Source: Candidatus Borrarchaeum weybense
GTDB lineage: Archaea; Asgardarchaeota; Sifarchaeia; Borrarchaeales; Borrarchaeaceae
Direction: 5' to 3'
DNA length: 64,000 nucleotides
Assembly (NCBI GenBank): GCA_019057385.1
Contig: JAHQJS010000004.1
Coordinates: 514,118 to 578,117, forward strand
Made by a program: the position numbers and the translations under genes. Positions 28,423 to 39,375 of this stretch are shown here, one piece after another. Every line of letters begins with the position of its first letter. Within the stretch, counting starts at the first letter, position 1. The notes beneath the pieces are model-generated. The model saw nothing but the letters and a program-made list of their open reading frames with translations. It was not told the origin of the DNA and ran no database searches.

Positions 28423-29509
28423 CTACACTTCGATGTAATTTAAAAGAGTGGTTTGTCTAGTGGTTTCATTCTTCTGCAAATTAGAAAAACGAATTCCGGT
28501 AAGACGGACTTTTCTTCTTTCATTCAAAAACTCCCTAAGAAGTCCAAAAGCGATCTCCATAGCCTGCTGTTCGTTTTGAATGGGATAAGGCACTGATTTG
28601 CTTCTCGTAAAGGTTTCAAATCCTTCAAATCGAATTGTGATTCCTACCGTTTTATAGAATATCTTATGCTCTCTTAAATATTCGTGAATTCTCGCCGACA
28701 GCGTTTCTAATGTTTTCAAAACATCTTTTATATCGGCGGTATCCTGATTAAACGTTCTTGACTTGCCAATAGATTTTCGTACATAAAAATCGCCTACAGG
28801 ATTATTGTTCATGCCATGAACTATTTCCCAGATCATTTTCCCATATTTACCGAATAATTCAAGCATTTTCGGTAAGGGTGTATTTAAAAGATCTCCAATC
28901 GTGTATATTCCCTTCTCATTGTAGTATCTCTTAGTGTTTCTACCGACTCCCGGAATTTTAGTGATGTCCATGTCTTCTACGAACGATTTCACATTTTCAG
29001 GTTCGATGATTGTAATTCCATTGGGTTTATTGTGCTCAGAAGCAATTTTTGCAAACGGTTTGGTAGGTGCGCATCCGACTGAGCAAGTTATATCTAGTGT
29101 ATCATACACTTCTTGGCGTATCCGCTCGGCGATATTTCTGCTCTCATCATAATCCGCACATACACCTGTAAGATCTAGGTAACCTTCATCAATCCCTGCT
29201 TCTTGACACACCGATGAATACTTCTGAATTATGCGGAAGAACTGTTCTGAAGCTTCAAGGTACTTATCGAAATTCGGTAACACAAATACCGCATCAGGAC
29301 ATAATCTATACGCCTTAGATATCGGCATACCAGAGTGGATTCCATATTCTCGTGCCTCATAAGAACACGTAGAAACAACACCTCTTCCTTTTCCCCTTTT
29401 AGGATCCGCTCCTACAACTAATGGCAAGCCTTTATACAGTGGATTATCTCTCACTTCGATAGCGGCAAAAAAACAATCAAGGTCGACATGAAGAATAATA
29501 CGCTTCATT
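28423..29509 (-). CDS. dinB: Y-family DNA polymerase IV (Dpo4/DinB)
   Basis: MKRIILHVDLDCFFAAIEVRDNP, the SIDEAYLD-like GIDEGYLDLT, and a little-finger region. The start is taken at MKRII; the ORF track extends it to 29565. Confidence 0.9.
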
Positions 29510-29601
29510 TTTTCCAAATATGAAGAGAATGAAGTAATCGAATATATAGATAGGGAGACTGGCATAGAAGTGATAAACCTAACAGGATTCTTATCCCTAT
29601 G

Positions 29602-30522
29602 TCAACTCTTTGCTTCTTTGATTATTTCCTCCACGTTTTCATAGGTTCTTTCAGGGACTAATTCTAAGTAATAACTCGCATGTACTCTCTCTGTCTCCGA
29701 TTTATCGATAACTTTCCAACCCTGTTCTTCTAAAAGCCCCTTTTTTGTTATAGGGAATTTTGTATCTTCCATCAACACTTCCCGCAAAGATTCAAGACCC
29801 AATTTCTTTGTGATTCTAGGAAAAGAACCAGATTTTAGAAAAACCTTTAACCGCGCCGCATCTTTATACATTCTGATCCCATGAAAGGCAAGCATGATTT
29901 TTCTTGCTTTTAACTCCCTTGCCTTTTGATTGATTTCTTTGAGCTCGCTATCAGTGAATTGATACAGGGTGTGGCGCCCCTTTCCGAAGAGTCTTGAGTA
30001 CAACACATCTGACTCTCTTAAGGGAGATTGTCTAGAGAGATCTACACAATGGACGATATTGTAATCCTCCATAATTTTGACTACTTCTCTATCACTTTTT
30101 GCCTCTAGACTTCTAGGTTCCCAGACTAATCTTACTCCAGCGGTATCTACTGTTGAAAAGAAGTCTCGAATAACTTCAATTCTTCGACTGGTAAATTCCA
30201 GTTGCGGAGGTGTCAAAATGTGCAGATATGCAGATCGAAGCAAACGGCAGATTTCAATCATTCTATTAAAGTTAGTTATAGCTTCAGGAACAGATCTGAG
30301 CAAATGCTGATGGGTTATACTCCTGTGACACCGCACCGAAAACTCAAAGCCTTCAGGCACGCGTTTTCTCCACGATTTTACCAATTCAATAGACGGAAAT
30401 TCATAGAAAGTCGAATTAATCTCTACATAATCGAATGCCTTTGAATACGCGCTAAGACTATCCATTCCCATTCCTGACACGGTAAAATAAGCCCATCCAC
30501 CTGTTCCTATTCGGATTTCCAT
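29602..30522 (-). CDS. DUF72 (YecE-like TIM-barrel) family protein
   Basis: IRIGTGGWAY...YVEINSTFYEFP is the DUF72 N-terminal signature. Confidence 0.7.
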   Translation of the reverse strand: MEIRIGTGGWAYFTVSGMGMDSLSAYSKAFDYVEINSTFYEFPSIELVKSWRKRVPEGFEFSVRCHRSITHQHLLRSVPEAITNFNRMIEICRLLRSAYLHILTPPQLEFTSRRIEVIRDFFSTVDTAGVRLVWEPRSLEAKSDREVVKIMEDYNIVHCVDLSRQSPLRESDVLYSRLFGKGRHTLYQFTDSELKEINQKARELKARKIMLAFHGIRMYKDAARLKVFLKSGSFPRITKKLGLESLREVLMEDTKFPITKKGLLEEQGWKVIDKSETERVHASYYLELVPERTYENVEEIIKEAKS

Positions 30523-30570
30523 AAAGATTATTATCTTTTATGGATCTTATAAGACTATGGAGGGTAATCT

Positions 30571-31764
30571 TTGACACAATTTCTTTTTGGGTGTTCAGGC
30601 TGGAGTTATGATGAATGGACGGGGTCCTTTTATTTAGATAAAGGCAAAAGTAAATTGTCCGCTTATTCCAGCATTTTTAGTACAGTGGAAATTAATTCCA
30701 CGTTTTATGCATATCCCAAAAAGGAGATCGTTATAGGATGGTTACGTTACTCCCCTGAAAACTTCATATTTTGTGCAAAACTTCCAGGACAAATAACTCA
30801 CGACAAGGAACTTCTGGTTAGCAAAGGAGTTGAGGAAGATCTTAACCAATTTCTACAACTTATGCAACCACTTGCTGACGGAGGTAAACTGGGCTGTCTC
30901 CTGGTTCAATTGCCACCAAGGCTGAAATTTAATTCCAATAAAGTTGAAGCGTTTTATGCGATCCTTCCGAGCGAGCAATTTCATTTTGCCATTGAATTCA
31001 GAAACAAAACCTGGCTTAGTGACAAATCCTTTGAACTGCTCAAAAAATACAACCTTGCTTATACTATAATCGATGAGCCGCACCTACCTCCCGACGTTGA
31101 AATCACCACAAACTTCGCCTATTTTCGCTGGCATGGAAGAGGAAAGAAACCTTGGTATAATTATCATTACAGCGAAGATGAACTTAAAGAATGGGTACCT
31201 AGGATTCAGGAAGCACAGGAAAGCGCAAATACAGTATATGGCTATTTTAACAACCACTATCATGGTTATGCACCTGAAAACTGCTTGGATATCTTAGACA
31301 TGCTGGGTATTGCAACTTCTGTACAGCAGAAAACTAGAGGACGAATAAAACAATTCCGAAAAACACCCCCTAAACCACAACCAAAGGCGAAAACTCTGTT
31401 TGACTTCATCGAGGATGCACCAAAAGAGATTGTTAAGAAAAAGAGGAAGGAAACTACCGAATCCTTGTTAAGGTTATTTGCTGATGAAGGGCGTATTCTC
31501 AATGGAAGGGTAATGAAAAATGATGAACTAAAAGATTTGAAGATAGAAAAACAACGAATCTCAACTAATATTAGAGATTATACAATATTGATCGATGAAG
31601 AAAAACAACGAATCTTCCACAATTGTGGTGATTGGAAACGTCGAAAACAAAGCAAGAAGTTCTGCAAGCATCTTGTAAGATTATTTCTTTCTTTATCTAA
31701 ATTAAGATCAAAGTTATTGCTGAAAAACATTTCAGAGAATCTCGAAGATTGGACATTCGAGTAA
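30571..31764 (+). CDS. DUF72 family protein with a C-terminal basic linker and a SWIM-type zinc finger
   Basis: GCSGWSYDEW...VEINSTFYAYP is the DUF72 signature. The C-terminal CGDWKRRKQSKKFCKHL fits the CxC...CxH SWIM pattern. Confidence 0.65.
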   Translation: MTQFLFGCSGWSYDEWTGSFYLDKGKSKLSAYSSIFSTVEINSTFYAYPKKEIVIGWLRYSPENFIFCAKLPGQITHDKELLVSKGVEEDLNQFLQLMQPLADGGKLGCLLVQLPPRLKFNSNKVEAFYAILPSEQFHFAIEFRNKTWLSDKSFELLKKYNLAYTIIDEPHLPPDVEITTNFAYFRWHGRGKKPWYNYHYSEDELKEWVPRIQEAQESANTVYGYFNNHYHGYAPENCLDILDMLGIATSVQQKTRGRIKQFRKTPPKPQPKAKTLFDFIEDAPKEIVKKKRKETTESLLRLFADEGRILNGRVMKNDELKDLKIEKQRISTNIRDYTILIDEEKQRIFHNCGDWKRRKQSKKFCKHLVRLFLSLSKLRSKLLLKNISENLEDWTFE

Positions 31765-31849
31765 TTGAATAAGTCGCCTAAAGATTAATGTTTTAGTTCT
31801 CGCTATGAGTTTATCCAAGATTTCTTGTTTTCGGGCAATTTAAAAAAAA

Positions 31850-32230
31850 CAAATTAAGATGGAGTAAGTGACATCCTCCCCAGCCTTTCGGATGGGGCTT
31901 CCAGCTTTCCATTGTAGTTCTCGCTCCCTCACGGGAGGCGACGCTTCGCCACTTTTCCTACAGTTATGGGCTTACGGAAGCCGTACCAGGTTGCACACGC
32001 TGCTCACCCTTATCCTGCCCCTTGTTTATCTGCCTGCAGGATGCTATTGATCTGTTACCTGCCTGCTTTGCAGGTTAGCACACTGCACACCAAAAGGGGA
32101 CTCTCTTGCCACGCTGGATAAGATCTCATGCACGGGCATCCTCACGTTTAGCCCTGTCACCTGCTGACTGGTCGCTTACAGGAGGATATACCTCCACCCA
32201 GTCGAGCATTACGGGTACACTTGCGGTACC
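31850..32230 (-). ncRNA. GC-rich structured RNA of about 380 nt; candidate RNase P RNA, identity unresolved
   Basis: There is no ORF with protein-like composition and GC is well above the flanks. In minus sense there are two GNRA-capped hairpins (CCCCAUCC-GAAA-GGCUGGGG and CUCCC-GUGA-GGGAG), 5'/3' end complementarity (GAUGG/CCAUC), an upstream TTTTTATAG box and a downstream T8. The motifs AAGGGUGA, CCGUAAGCC and GAGAGUCCCC loosely recall RNase P CR-II, CR-III and CR-I. Confidence 0.5.
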
Positions 32231-32244
32231 ATCTATAGGTTTCC

Positions 32245-32307
32245 AAAAAACTATAAAAAGACATCGGCTTTCATCCCCCAGCTGTCGAAAGGAGACTTTC
32301 CGCCGAT
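32245..32307 (-). terminator. Hairpin plus T5/T6 runs downstream of the LarA-like gene
   Basis: The minus strand reads AUCGGC...GCCGAU, followed by GUCUUUUUAUAGUUUUUU. Confidence 0.5.
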
Positions 32308-32354
32308 AAAGTTAAATTCTTCTTCTCAATGAGTGTATCCACAATTTCTTGCTG

Positions 32355-33626
32355 TTAGGATGGAGTAATTAAAGGAAGCGTTTCTCCTCCAATAGGGAGC
32401 GTCCATACGCTTGCATCATTACCCATTCTTGAAAAAGCAAGATCTAGTGCGTCTTCCACGCTATCTGATGGGGTCATATTAAAAGGATCTTCTACTAATT
32501 CAGAGTCTAACTCTGAAACTAGAATTATATCTGCCTTCATCATCGTTTTCCGCATATAGTATGCTTTGTGCCCACCGAGTTTAAAATTAGTTTGCACTTG
32601 TTTACTTAGTTCCTCTAGAGTTTTATATTTATACATCCATTCTTCAAAGACTTTATGTCCTATACCATCTTTGCACGCTGCAATTACCACTAATTGACCA
32701 CCAGGTTTAACTATCGTCTGAGCCTGTTCAATCGCTTTTTGAGCTTGATAGAGGTTGATATCCTTTGGAAAGCCGCCTGAACTCACTAAGACGATATCGG
32801 CAGGTTTGTCTACGTAGATTTTGAACAATTCGTCTACTTTTTTTACACATTTATTGAAGGCGCTGACTATCCCACCAGTGGCAACCTCGGCAACCTCCTT
32901 ATTTGAATCGAGAACAACACTTACGCAAAAATCAACTTTAGCCTTTTCAGCAGCCTGTGTCATATCGACATGAATAACATTCCCGTCTAGGTTTCCTGTA
33001 ACTGCATCTGGATGAATTAAATTTGAATGGTTTTTCTGAATGCTTTTTAAGCTTGAAATTCCAGGCAAAATGCTTTTTCGACCTCCTGTGTACCCTGCAT
33101 AATAATGAAATGCAACATCTCCAATAGTAATTCGTTTATCTGCTTCAACAAACTTTCTATTTAGCTCCACAGGTGTCTGTAAATGCGTCATTCCTAAATT
33201 GACTAAATCATCAGCTTGACAATTATGATTCTCTACTACAAAACGGCTAACTATGTCTTTACCCAATAACTCATCCATTTCCTTTCTAGTCACAGGACGA
33301 TGACTACCAACTGCAATTAGTATCTCAATGTTTTCCTCTTTAATACCCAAATTATCAAGTCTATTTAGCAAAACAGGTAGGATTTCTTTGCTTGGAGTGA
33401 TTCTCGTGTTATCGTTGACTACTATACTTATTTTATCATTCCTATCGAAAAGCTTATCAAAACTTGATTTATCTACGGGATTATTGATGGCGTTTTCATA
33501 ACTAAGAATTGGTGTTGGATTTTCAATATTCGAATTTTTTTTACTCTCAATAACGCCCAAAGAGTTTTTGTCGCTTATATCTGTATAAATGGCTTCTTCT
33601 CCGTATTTTAGTTCTACTTCTACCAA
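32355..33626 (-). CDS. LarA-like nickel-dependent racemase family protein (DUF2088)
   Basis: VNDNTRITP, AVGSHRP and HYYAGYTGGRKSILPG are motifs typical of LarA/DUF2088. Confidence 0.7.
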   Translation of the reverse strand: MVEVELKYGEEAIYTDISDKNSLGVIESKKNSNIENPTPILSYENAINNPVDKSSFDKLFDRNDKISIVVNDNTRITPSKEILPVLLNRLDNLGIKEENIEILIAVGSHRPVTRKEMDELLGKDIVSRFVVENHNCQADDLVNLGMTHLQTPVELNRKFVEADKRITIGDVAFHYYAGYTGGRKSILPGISSLKSIQKNHSNLIHPDAVTGNLDGNVIHVDMTQAAEKAKVDFCVSVVLDSNKEVAEVATGGIVSAFNKCVKKVDELFKIYVDKPADIVLVSSGGFPKDINLYQAQKAIEQAQTIVKPGGQLVVIAACKDGIGHKVFEEWMYKYKTLEELSKQVQTNFKLGGHKAYYMRKTMMKADIILVSELDSELVEDPFNMTPSDSVEDALDLAFSRMGNDASVWTLPIGGETLPLITPS

Positions 33627-33686
33627 TCAAATCGCCCACTAATCTTAGAGACGTCGCTTTTTAACTTTTTTGGTGGTTTACGAACG

Positions 33687-34271
33687 TCAATGATTCTGAT
33701 CTTTACTGTTTGTTATTATTTCCTCATCTTCAGGCGTTTTTGTTTCCCCAAACGGAATTGAGATTAATATAATTAGAAGGATAACTGCTCCTATGATAAG
33801 AATTCCGTAGGGGCTTCCGGACACAGCAAGTGAAACATATCCTATGATTGGTACAGAAAGGATAACTTTCCCAATAACATTCTCCTGGGGAATCATGCCA
33901 TTCCAACACTCACTGCCGCGCCAATAGTCGGCAGAAGGATTATTATCACCTTTGGTTCTAAAATATAATTTGCCGTCTTGACTGCGATACTGTATTTCTA
34001 TGATCCGGTGCACAATGTCATATGATCTTGTAGAGACTTCAAAAACTATTACATCGTCTACTTGAAGTCTATCGCTTGGGATGTTTTGTAAAATAAGCAA
34101 ATCTCCAACATTATAAGTTGGCCGCATACTTCCTGAAGAGACCGACCGAAGTGGACTTTCAGGATACGTCCCTAAACCTACCTCAAGTCCAATGAATATT
34201 GCATATGAGCCCACAACAGCTATGATTATAAAAACAACAGTTTCAATTATTTCTCTCTTATACTTTTTCAT
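33687..34271 (-). CDS. Archaeal/eukaryal-type signal peptidase I (S26B, Sec11-like)
   Basis: The Ser box SGSMRPTYNVGDLL and the His box DIVHRII, with N- and C-terminal TM anchors. Confidence 0.8.
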   Translation of the reverse strand: MKKYKREIIETVVFIIIAVVGSYAIFIGLEVGLGTYPESPLRSVSSGSMRPTYNVGDLLILQNIPSDRLQVDDVIVFEVSTRSYDIVHRIIEIQYRSQDGKLYFRTKGDNNPSADYWRGSECWNGMIPQENVIGKVILSVPIIGYVSLAVSGSPYGILIIGAVILLIILISIPFGETKTPEDEEIITNSKDQNH

Positions 34272-34455
34272 AAAAACACCAAACTTATACTATAAAGTTG
34301 TGGACCATCGCCTTTTTACAAAATCGTGTAATAGTTAAAAAACCTTTGGACAATAACATCAAAGCGTATATTTGAAGTCGATATTATCGCGGGCGCAAAG
34401 ATCTGATTAATTCAGTTTGTCAACTTCGATTGACTATAACTTATTTCGATCCTTC

Positions 34456-35976
34456 TTAAAAAACTCGATATAAGTCAGTATCACCAAAAGTTCTTTCAAG
34501 TATACATTGTGACTCCAGAAATTCATGTAATTCTGGGCTGATTCCCCAGCCATATTTTAATTGAGGGTCGACAATAAGATAGTTAAGGTCATCTAACAGC
34601 GATTGATGAAGCGTATAATCTCCTTGACGTTCTGCGTTTTCAATAAGTGTTTGCGTATCATGAAAAACATGTTTTTTGGAGAGAAAATCTATTGCTGGGT
34701 TGCCAACTATCACAGCACCTTCCTCAACATACAAATCTAAGTATTCTGCTACTTGTTGTGGCTCATAATCTCCTTCCGAGGTGAATATGGCTCCCACGCT
34801 ATTGAGGGTATCATAAAGTCCGATTAGAACGATGAGTCCTATCAATACTGATAATAGAATGCGTGGGTTGGCAAATAGTTCGCATAGCAATCTCCTTTTG
34901 ACGTGCCGATTAGAAGTGGCAAATCTGAATTGCATGGCAATATCGATAATAAAAACAGATGCGGCAATACTAAGAGGCAAGAATAAAGGTGAAAGATATC
35001 TGAGAGGTAATTTGTTTGCAAATAGTAAAACTATAGTTGGTGCGAAAATCCAAGGGAAAAGAAGAAATGACTCTTTTCTTTTCTTCAAAAAGATCGAATA
35101 AATTAATCCGATAAAGCCAAAACCAAAAATTAATGGATTTGATCTAATTGAAAGGGCAAAATAATAAATGCCTTGTGCCTCACCGCGTTGAGGTCTTAAT
35201 AAATACATTCCAATCATTGTTTGGAGAACATCTGGATCAGATAAACGTGCAAATATGAGATATGGGCTAATGGTAATAATACAAACTACTAGTAAAATAA
35301 TAAAACTACGTATCGACTGTTCTAGTTCCCTTTTTCCCTTTATAGCATTCAACAGTGTACTTACAAATATAATAAGAATAGCAAATGCTCCAGTTGCCTT
35401 TGTAAGAATTGCTAACCCAGCACAAATGCCTGCAAGGATAGTATATGCTTGTTTATTACTTCTGAAACTGACATAGCAGAAAAAGATTGAAAGAGCGATG
35501 AAAAAAGATTGTGTAGTATCCAATAGAGCAAGTCTATCAATTGAAAGTGCATATGCATCAATTGCGTATAAACCTGCAGCAAGTATTCCAACTTTTTCCT
35601 TATTTAATATGTCTTTACCGAATCTATAAGCAAGATAGCATGTCAATGAGCCAAAAATTGCCGAAACTGCACGTGCTTGGACGATCCCACTCCCAAAAAG
35701 AGTAAATGAAATTGCAGTAAATATGAAAAACAATGGTAAATTCCAATAAGCTGGTCCAGCGAAACTGTGACTCCACCACATGAATCTTCCATTCGCAGTA
35801 TTTTCAGAAATGTCACAATAATTCCCCTCATCATAGCTGAATCGAGGTACACCCTCCAAATTCCAGAATCTTAAAAGAAGTGCAATTCCAATTATTATTA
35901 CTACAATTATTTTTTCTAATGTTAACGTTCCTACATGTTTTTTGAGGATGTGAACTAGACGTTCCATTATGTACAT
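34456..35976 (-). CDS. GT-C glycosyltransferase, family 39 / ArnT-PMT-like
   Basis: A polytopic N-terminal region with an early RFSYDEGNY loop (DE motif), plus a soluble C-terminal domain. Confidence 0.65.
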   Translation of the reverse strand: MYIMERLVHILKKHVGTLTLEKIIVVIIIGIALLLRFWNLEGVPRFSYDEGNYCDISENTANGRFMWWSHSFAGPAYWNLPLFFIFTAISFTLFGSGIVQARAVSAIFGSLTCYLAYRFGKDILNKEKVGILAAGLYAIDAYALSIDRLALLDTTQSFFIALSIFFCYVSFRSNKQAYTILAGICAGLAILTKATGAFAILIIFVSTLLNAIKGKRELEQSIRSFIILLVVCIITISPYLIFARLSDPDVLQTMIGMYLLRPQRGEAQGIYYFALSIRSNPLIFGFGFIGLIYSIFLKKRKESFLLFPWIFAPTIVLLFANKLPLRYLSPLFLPLSIAASVFIIDIAMQFRFATSNRHVKRRLLCELFANPRILLSVLIGLIVLIGLYDTLNSVGAIFTSEGDYEPQQVAEYLDLYVEEGAVIVGNPAIDFLSKKHVFHDTQTLIENAERQGDYTLHQSLLDDLNYLIVDPQLKYGWGISPELHEFLESQCILERTFGDTDLYRVF

Positions 35977-35977
35977 C

Positions 35978-36457
35978 TTACTCCTTTATTATTCGCCAAT
36001 TTGGATACTTCAGCAATATACTACAACTAACAGTTCCAATAAAGAATAAAATTGCAAAAAAACACATTGGAAGCATTAGTAGACTAATAATGAGGGGCAA
36101 GTCACCCGGTAGCACTTGGATATAAGACTTAGCGTAGTCTAATGTTATATAGATGAGATCTCCGATAATGCTTCCTAAAAATCCTAGCAACGCTAGGATG
36201 AAATAATCTTTGAAGAAAATATCATCCTGAATATCGTATACTCGGGCGTATCCACTTAAGAAACCGAATACTACTCCGCATAAGAGATATGCGAGAAATG
36301 CATTTGAATACATCTGTGTTATGTAAGTGATAAATGACTCCCATTGAATATTACTCCATAGAGTAATAATAATTCGTCCTATGATTCTAATTATTATAAT
36401 CATTAGAACTACTGAAGAAATATGCCTTAACGTTTCCTTAAGAGAAATAAATGCCAT
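35978..36457 (-). CDS. Small polytopic membrane protein, hypothetical
   Basis: Four hydrophobic helices. Its stop abuts the start of the downstream GT39-like gene. Confidence 0.5.
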   Translation of the reverse strand: MAFISLKETLRHISSVVLMIIIIRIIGRIIITLWSNIQWESFITYITQMYSNAFLAYLLCGVVFGFLSGYARVYDIQDDIFFKDYFILALLGFLGSIIGDLIYITLDYAKSYIQVLPGDLPLIISLLMLPMCFFAILFFIGTVSCSILLKYPNWRIIKE

Positions 36458-36597
36458 TTCAGTTCATCTATAGAAATTTTCTCTTTAAAAAGAATTTCAT
36501 CACATTTTGGTGTAACTATGGTCTTTTAGCTAAGCAAAGCGAAACATAAAAATATTTTCATGCTATAATTTCATCCCTCACCTGGAGGCAATTATAG

Positions 36598-38148
36598 GTG
36601 TTTCAGAATAAACTAAAGACCTTCAACCAAGAACACATCTATCTTCTTGCAGTAATAATACTTGCAGCGTTCATTCGTCTATGGAATCTGGAAAAAGTTC
36701 CGATCTTCTATGATGAAGGTCTATGGTGTTACTGGGGATTAAAGATCTTTCAAAGTGACTATTCGTTTTACAGCGTGTTTTATACCACCGTGGAATGGTC
36801 AAGAAAACCGTTCCTATCAGCTTTTCTTTATAGCCTATCCTATCATGTTTTTGGCATCAATTTATTTGCCGCTCGATTTATTTCAGCTATTTCAGGGATA
36901 GTTTCAGTGTTTATTCTGTGGAAACTAACCAAGGAATTGTATAATGAGTGGCTAACGGCTCTTATTTCTGCATTTCTCTTGAGCATTTCTATATTCCATG
37001 TCTGGTATAGTCGACTCGCAATGCAAGAAGCATTATTGACATTACTCGTAACAACATCAATTCTTGCATACTATATGGGCATTAAGCAGGAGAATGATGT
37101 CTTCCTACTGCTTGGAGGAGTGTTTCTTGGCCTTGCAATAAATACCAAGCAAAACGGTGCTATAGCCTTCATAATCATAGTTCTATTCCTCGTCATAAAC
37201 CGAAACTATCGTTATGTATTCAAGAATAAATTTTTCTGGGCATCATTGGTAGTCGCTATAGTCATTCATTCTCCATATCTCTATTGGGCATTTACACATA
37301 ATTTTGACATTTATAGGTCACCAGGTAGGGTTGATGTTGATATTACAAGATTATTTTCAGCATCGGAAATCTATTTACGAATTATTTATCTAGTTTCGTG
37401 GATTCAAGATTTTCTTGGATGGCCTTTACTCATTCTTACATTACTTTTCATCCCTGTATTGTGGTTACGCAGGAAGAATGATGATACCCTAATCTTAATT
37501 TGGATTGCGGTAGTCCTCGTATCTTTCTGGCCTGCAGTCCGATTTTATCCTCGATATCTCATGCCTGCGGTTCCCAGTATCTACATTGCAAGTAGTAGAG
37601 TAATTACAACTCTTATTGAGGAAGTGAAAAATCTTCGTACTACAAAACAGCGGCAAATTATTGTAAAGGGTTTAATACTACTTTTCGTCTTGATAACTGT
37701 CTTTGATACATCGACATATCTTTATGGAACATTAACACAGCCCTCTAAAGAAGAAAGGTTACCAAACGCTGTAAAACAGCAATTCATTGAATCCAGTTCT
37801 TCTGGATATGGACTAGATGAGGCAGTACAATTCTTAGAAGAAAATGATTTCTCACAAAATACGGTTATTGTTACCCTTCCATATTTCAAGTGGTCAATTG
37901 CCTTTTTAACAAAAGATTATTATCCAGCGATTTACGATATCACGCTAATTGATGGATACTTTGCTGGGGACACTGAGAGCAAACCTATTATTGATGACAA
38001 TGTGTGTGTTTTCATAATTCGAAATTATGAAGAGGAATATAATCGTTATAATTATTCTCGAATCAGCGAAATTCCGAATACTGACTTAGAAAAGATAATT
38101 TACGTAGATGGTAGCCCAGAAGTCCACATTTTTGTAAAGAGTAAATAG
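36598..38148 (+). CDS. GT-C glycosyltransferase, family 39 / ArnT-PMT-like (second paralog)
   Basis: PIFYDEGLW is the first-loop DE motif, with polytopic topology and a soluble C-terminus. Confidence 0.65.
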   Translation: MFQNKLKTFNQEHIYLLAVIILAAFIRLWNLEKVPIFYDEGLWCYWGLKIFQSDYSFYSVFYTTVEWSRKPFLSAFLYSLSYHVFGINLFAARFISAISGIVSVFILWKLTKELYNEWLTALISAFLLSISIFHVWYSRLAMQEALLTLLVTTSILAYYMGIKQENDVFLLLGGVFLGLAINTKQNGAIAFIIIVLFLVINRNYRYVFKNKFFWASLVVAIVIHSPYLYWAFTHNFDIYRSPGRVDVDITRLFSASEIYLRIIYLVSWIQDFLGWPLLILTLLFIPVLWLRRKNDDTLILIWIAVVLVSFWPAVRFYPRYLMPAVPSIYIASSRVITTLIEEVKNLRTTKQRQIIVKGLILLFVLITVFDTSTYLYGTLTQPSKEERLPNAVKQQFIESSSSGYGLDEAVQFLEENDFSQNTVIVTLPYFKWSIAFLTKDYYPAIYDITLIDGYFAGDTESKPIIDDNVCVFIIRNYEEEYNRYNYSRISEIPNTDLEKIIYVDGSPEVHIFVKSK

Positions 38149-38193
38149 TGTTCTGAAATATCTTCAAACTGAGAATTCAATTCCCTAGAAATA

Positions 38194-38946
38194 TCAGAGG
38201 TGTATCACATCCAGATCGGATGGTACAATAATCTTACCATCGAAAAAAGTTCTTGCTTGCGCAATTAACGATGCTTTCTCCTTGAAATATTTCTCTGGCC
38301 AGTGTATTAACACCAACGCTTCTTTTATACCTGCCTTTTTTGCAAGCTTTCCTGCGTCTCCAGGAGTAGAATGTCCGTATTTATGTGCCAACTCCTCCAT
38401 TTCATTTGGAAATGAGGCTTCGTGAATCAGCACATCACAACCGCCTGACAGATTTTCAATTCTTTCATTTGGTCGCGTATCACCAGAATAGCATATACAT
38501 GATGCTTCAGCGTGAATCCGATACGCCATACTTTGTATTTGGTGATCTGACTCTATTGCAGATATAGCATCGTCAATCATGCTTCCTCCAATGATTTCGG
38601 TAAAATTTAAGTCAAATGTTAGAGCATGAAGAGGGGTATTCATCAATTCTAAAAGAGAAATGGTGAAGTCTTGAATTCCTTCAGGTCCTATTATTTCAAG
38701 CGGTAGTTTTCTTTCATTTTGCCACATCGTCCAGATCAAACCAGGGAGACCAGATACATGATCTTGATGAAAATGTGTAATACAAATTCGTTTAATCTCG
38801 TTTAAATCATGGTTCATTTGTAATAACCGTTGTGTGACGCCTTCTCCAGCATCTAACAGCAAATCTGTATCAATAAGGATTGAAATGTTTACTCGATCCG
38901 CTGTTATCATACTTCCGCTTGTACCCAGAAATGTGATTTTCATCAA
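38194..38946 (-). CDS. MBL-fold metallo-hydrolase (RNase Z-like)
   Basis: The HFHQDHVSG (HxHxDH) motif, plus later conserved His and Asp residues. Confidence 0.75.
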   Translation of the reverse strand: MMKITFLGTSGSMITADRVNISILIDTDLLLDAGEGVTQRLLQMNHDLNEIKRICITHFHQDHVSGLPGLIWTMWQNERKLPLEIIGPEGIQDFTISLLELMNTPLHALTFDLNFTEIIGGSMIDDAISAIESDHQIQSMAYRIHAEASCICYSGDTRPNERIENLSGGCDVLIHEASFPNEMEELAHKYGHSTPGDAGKLAKKAGIKEALVLIHWPEKYFKEKASLIAQARTFFDGKIIVPSDLDVIHL

Positions 38947-39375
38947 ATCACCTCAAGGAGATTGCTTCTCTTTGAAGGGAGAAGAATTATTAATTTAAAT
39001 ACTTTGCCAACATTTACTTGTAGGCAGTCTGTATGTTATGGAAAAACCAAGATTAGAAAACGTTAGGTTACCGGTTGAAATACGACTCTCGTTTTAATTT
39101 ATTTAGCTGGTCTTTTCTTGAGAAACATAATAACTCAAAATCTTGACAGTCTTATACATGAAAAGTATAAATGTGAAATATTTGCATATATACATTGATA
39201 CGAGAGTACAAGAAAAACGTAATATTCTTGGGAGTAAAAATATCGCTTTAGGAGCGTAACGGGGAAACTTATAACATATTTGGGAGGGCGAAAGCACAAG
39301 CCAAGATACTACAAATAGAACCTTATTCTTTCAAGTACATCCTATTTAACTGTCAGATCTATGAGGATTTAAGAC

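Noticed and set aside
32281-32300. GGAAAGUCU on the minus strand, which looks like RNase P CR-I.
   Set aside because: It lies inside the self-complementary terminator hairpin (GAAAG/CUUUC within AUCGGC...GCCGAU) and is followed by T runs, so it sits upstream of the candidate RNA.
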